Below are positions 63,501 through 64,000 of a DNA stretch of 64,000 nt, piece by piece (position 1 is the first letter of the stretch; each line of letters opens with the position of its first letter). The stretch is from an uncultured Actinomycetes bacterium. Lineage in GTDB: Bacteria > Actinomycetota > UBA4738 > HRBIN12. The stretch is from positions 650,140 to 714,139 of the forward strand of contig CAVTOC010000006.1 in the NCBI GenBank assembly GCA_963736335.1, in the 5' to 3' direction. The notes under the pieces are model-generated. The model did not search any database. It saw only the letters and a list, made by a program, of their open reading frames with translations, and was not told the origin of the DNA. The position numbers and the translations under genes were made by a program.

Positions 63501-64000
63501 GTGGCGGCCCGGAGGTCGGACTGTCCCGCCGTGTCGACCGCGGTCGCCCAGATGGTCCACTGGTCCTCGTACGGGAGCGTCACGTTGTACGACCAGGTCG
63601 CGTTCGTCGCGCCGACCACGTCCGGGAGGACGCGGAACGAGTTGTAGACGGCGCTCACGGTCCCATCGTCCTGGAGGTAACGGTTCGCCTGGTCGAGGAC
63701 CTGGATCGAGATGGAGTTCACGCCGACGTCGTCCTGCGCCGTCCCAGTCACCGTGAAGGCGAGCGTCGGGATCACGCGAACCGGACGGGCCGGTGATCGA
63801 TGTGGTCGGCGTCTGATCGGTCAGTCCGAACGTCTCGATCTTCTTCGTCGCCTTGGAGGCGTCGCTGCTGCCGTTGACCCCGAAGGTCTTGGCGAAGAGC
63901 TGGAGCTGGCGGTTGCCCGTGAGCGTGAGGGGCAGCGACCAGGTGGTGGACGTCGCGTTGGGCGACGCCAGGTTGACGTTGATCGTGTTCGATCCGCCCC
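60538..64000 (-). pseudogene. Large secreted Ig-like / PKD-repeat protein; N-terminal end lies beyond the window; interrupted by two 1-nt insertions (about 63776 and about 61882)
   Basis: Three frames must be joined: (64000 onward) ...GSNTINVNLASPNATSTTWSLPLTLTGNRQLQLFAKTFGVNGSSDASKATKKIETFGLTDQTPTTSITGPSGS | VIPTLAFTVTGTAQDDVGVNSISIQVLDQ...TTTDGWGASAS | STRIVTVAQPVTNVAPIPVIGTPNCTARTC...TTRVVTV stop. Track ORFs 61580-63775 and 60538-61842 are the two larger pieces. Confidence 0.75.
60541..62390 (-). repeat. Seven tandem PKD-domain coding modules (about 264 bp each)
   Basis: Each module follows the pattern PVPVIGTPxCxARTCxxSxxGSSDPNGDxFTYLWNFGDGTATSTxxxPxHTYxxDGTYTVTLTxTDxWG, including the PKD WxFGDG core and a conserved Cys pair. 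Confidence 0.85.

Noticed and set aside
1-64000. In-frame UGA (selenocysteine) genes to go with selC
   Set aside because: I saw no pair of same-frame ORFs separated by a single TGA within a recognisable selenoprotein family (FdhA, GrdB, SelD and similar). This was an eye scan only, so it is not exhaustive.

Overview
This is a visibly GC-rich chromosomal segment (about 70% GC by eye, not computed). It has actinobacterial-type hallmarks: WS/DGAT, an MsiK-type ATPase, Tat signals, ATGA/GTGA-coupled operons and leaderless-looking starts. I support about 50 genes.

Both ends are occupied by very large minus-strand genes for secreted repeat proteins:
- 1-7322 encodes signal peptide, LamG-like/FN3 modules, a metallophosphoesterase domain and a beta-propeller. 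It is absent from the supplied ORF track because it has no stop codon inside the window.
- 60538-64000 encodes Ig-like modules plus 7 PKD modules and is broken by two 1-nt indels.

Between them, in order:
- A tRNA-Sec (selC) with a nearby copy of its 3' half and truncated flanking genes.
- An amino-sugar/chitobiose-type catabolic locus (ROK regulator, GH4, SIS, NodB-type deacetylase, BadF-type kinase, MsiK-like ATPase, DegT, Gfo/Idh/MocA, FGGY). Its ABC importer (binding protein plus two permeases) is riddled with frameshifts.
- An acyltransferase / sigma-factor neighbourhood.
- A cupredoxin / beta-helix membrane protein.
- A long minus-strand gene string containing an unusual GT-C-like::MFS fusion preceded by an AlkP/NPP-family enzyme.
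- A zinc cluster (zur-znuABC plus a COG0701 permease / TIGR03943 pair).
- mutY, a CBS-pair gene, TMEM175, an acyl-CoA dehydrogenase, and YciI plus a COG4941-type sigma factor.

I recognised no rRNA, CRISPR array, transposase or integrase. Many long Arg-rich ORFs in the track are antisense or off-frame shadows typical of high-GC DNA. All family calls rest on motifs read by eye; no database search was possible.
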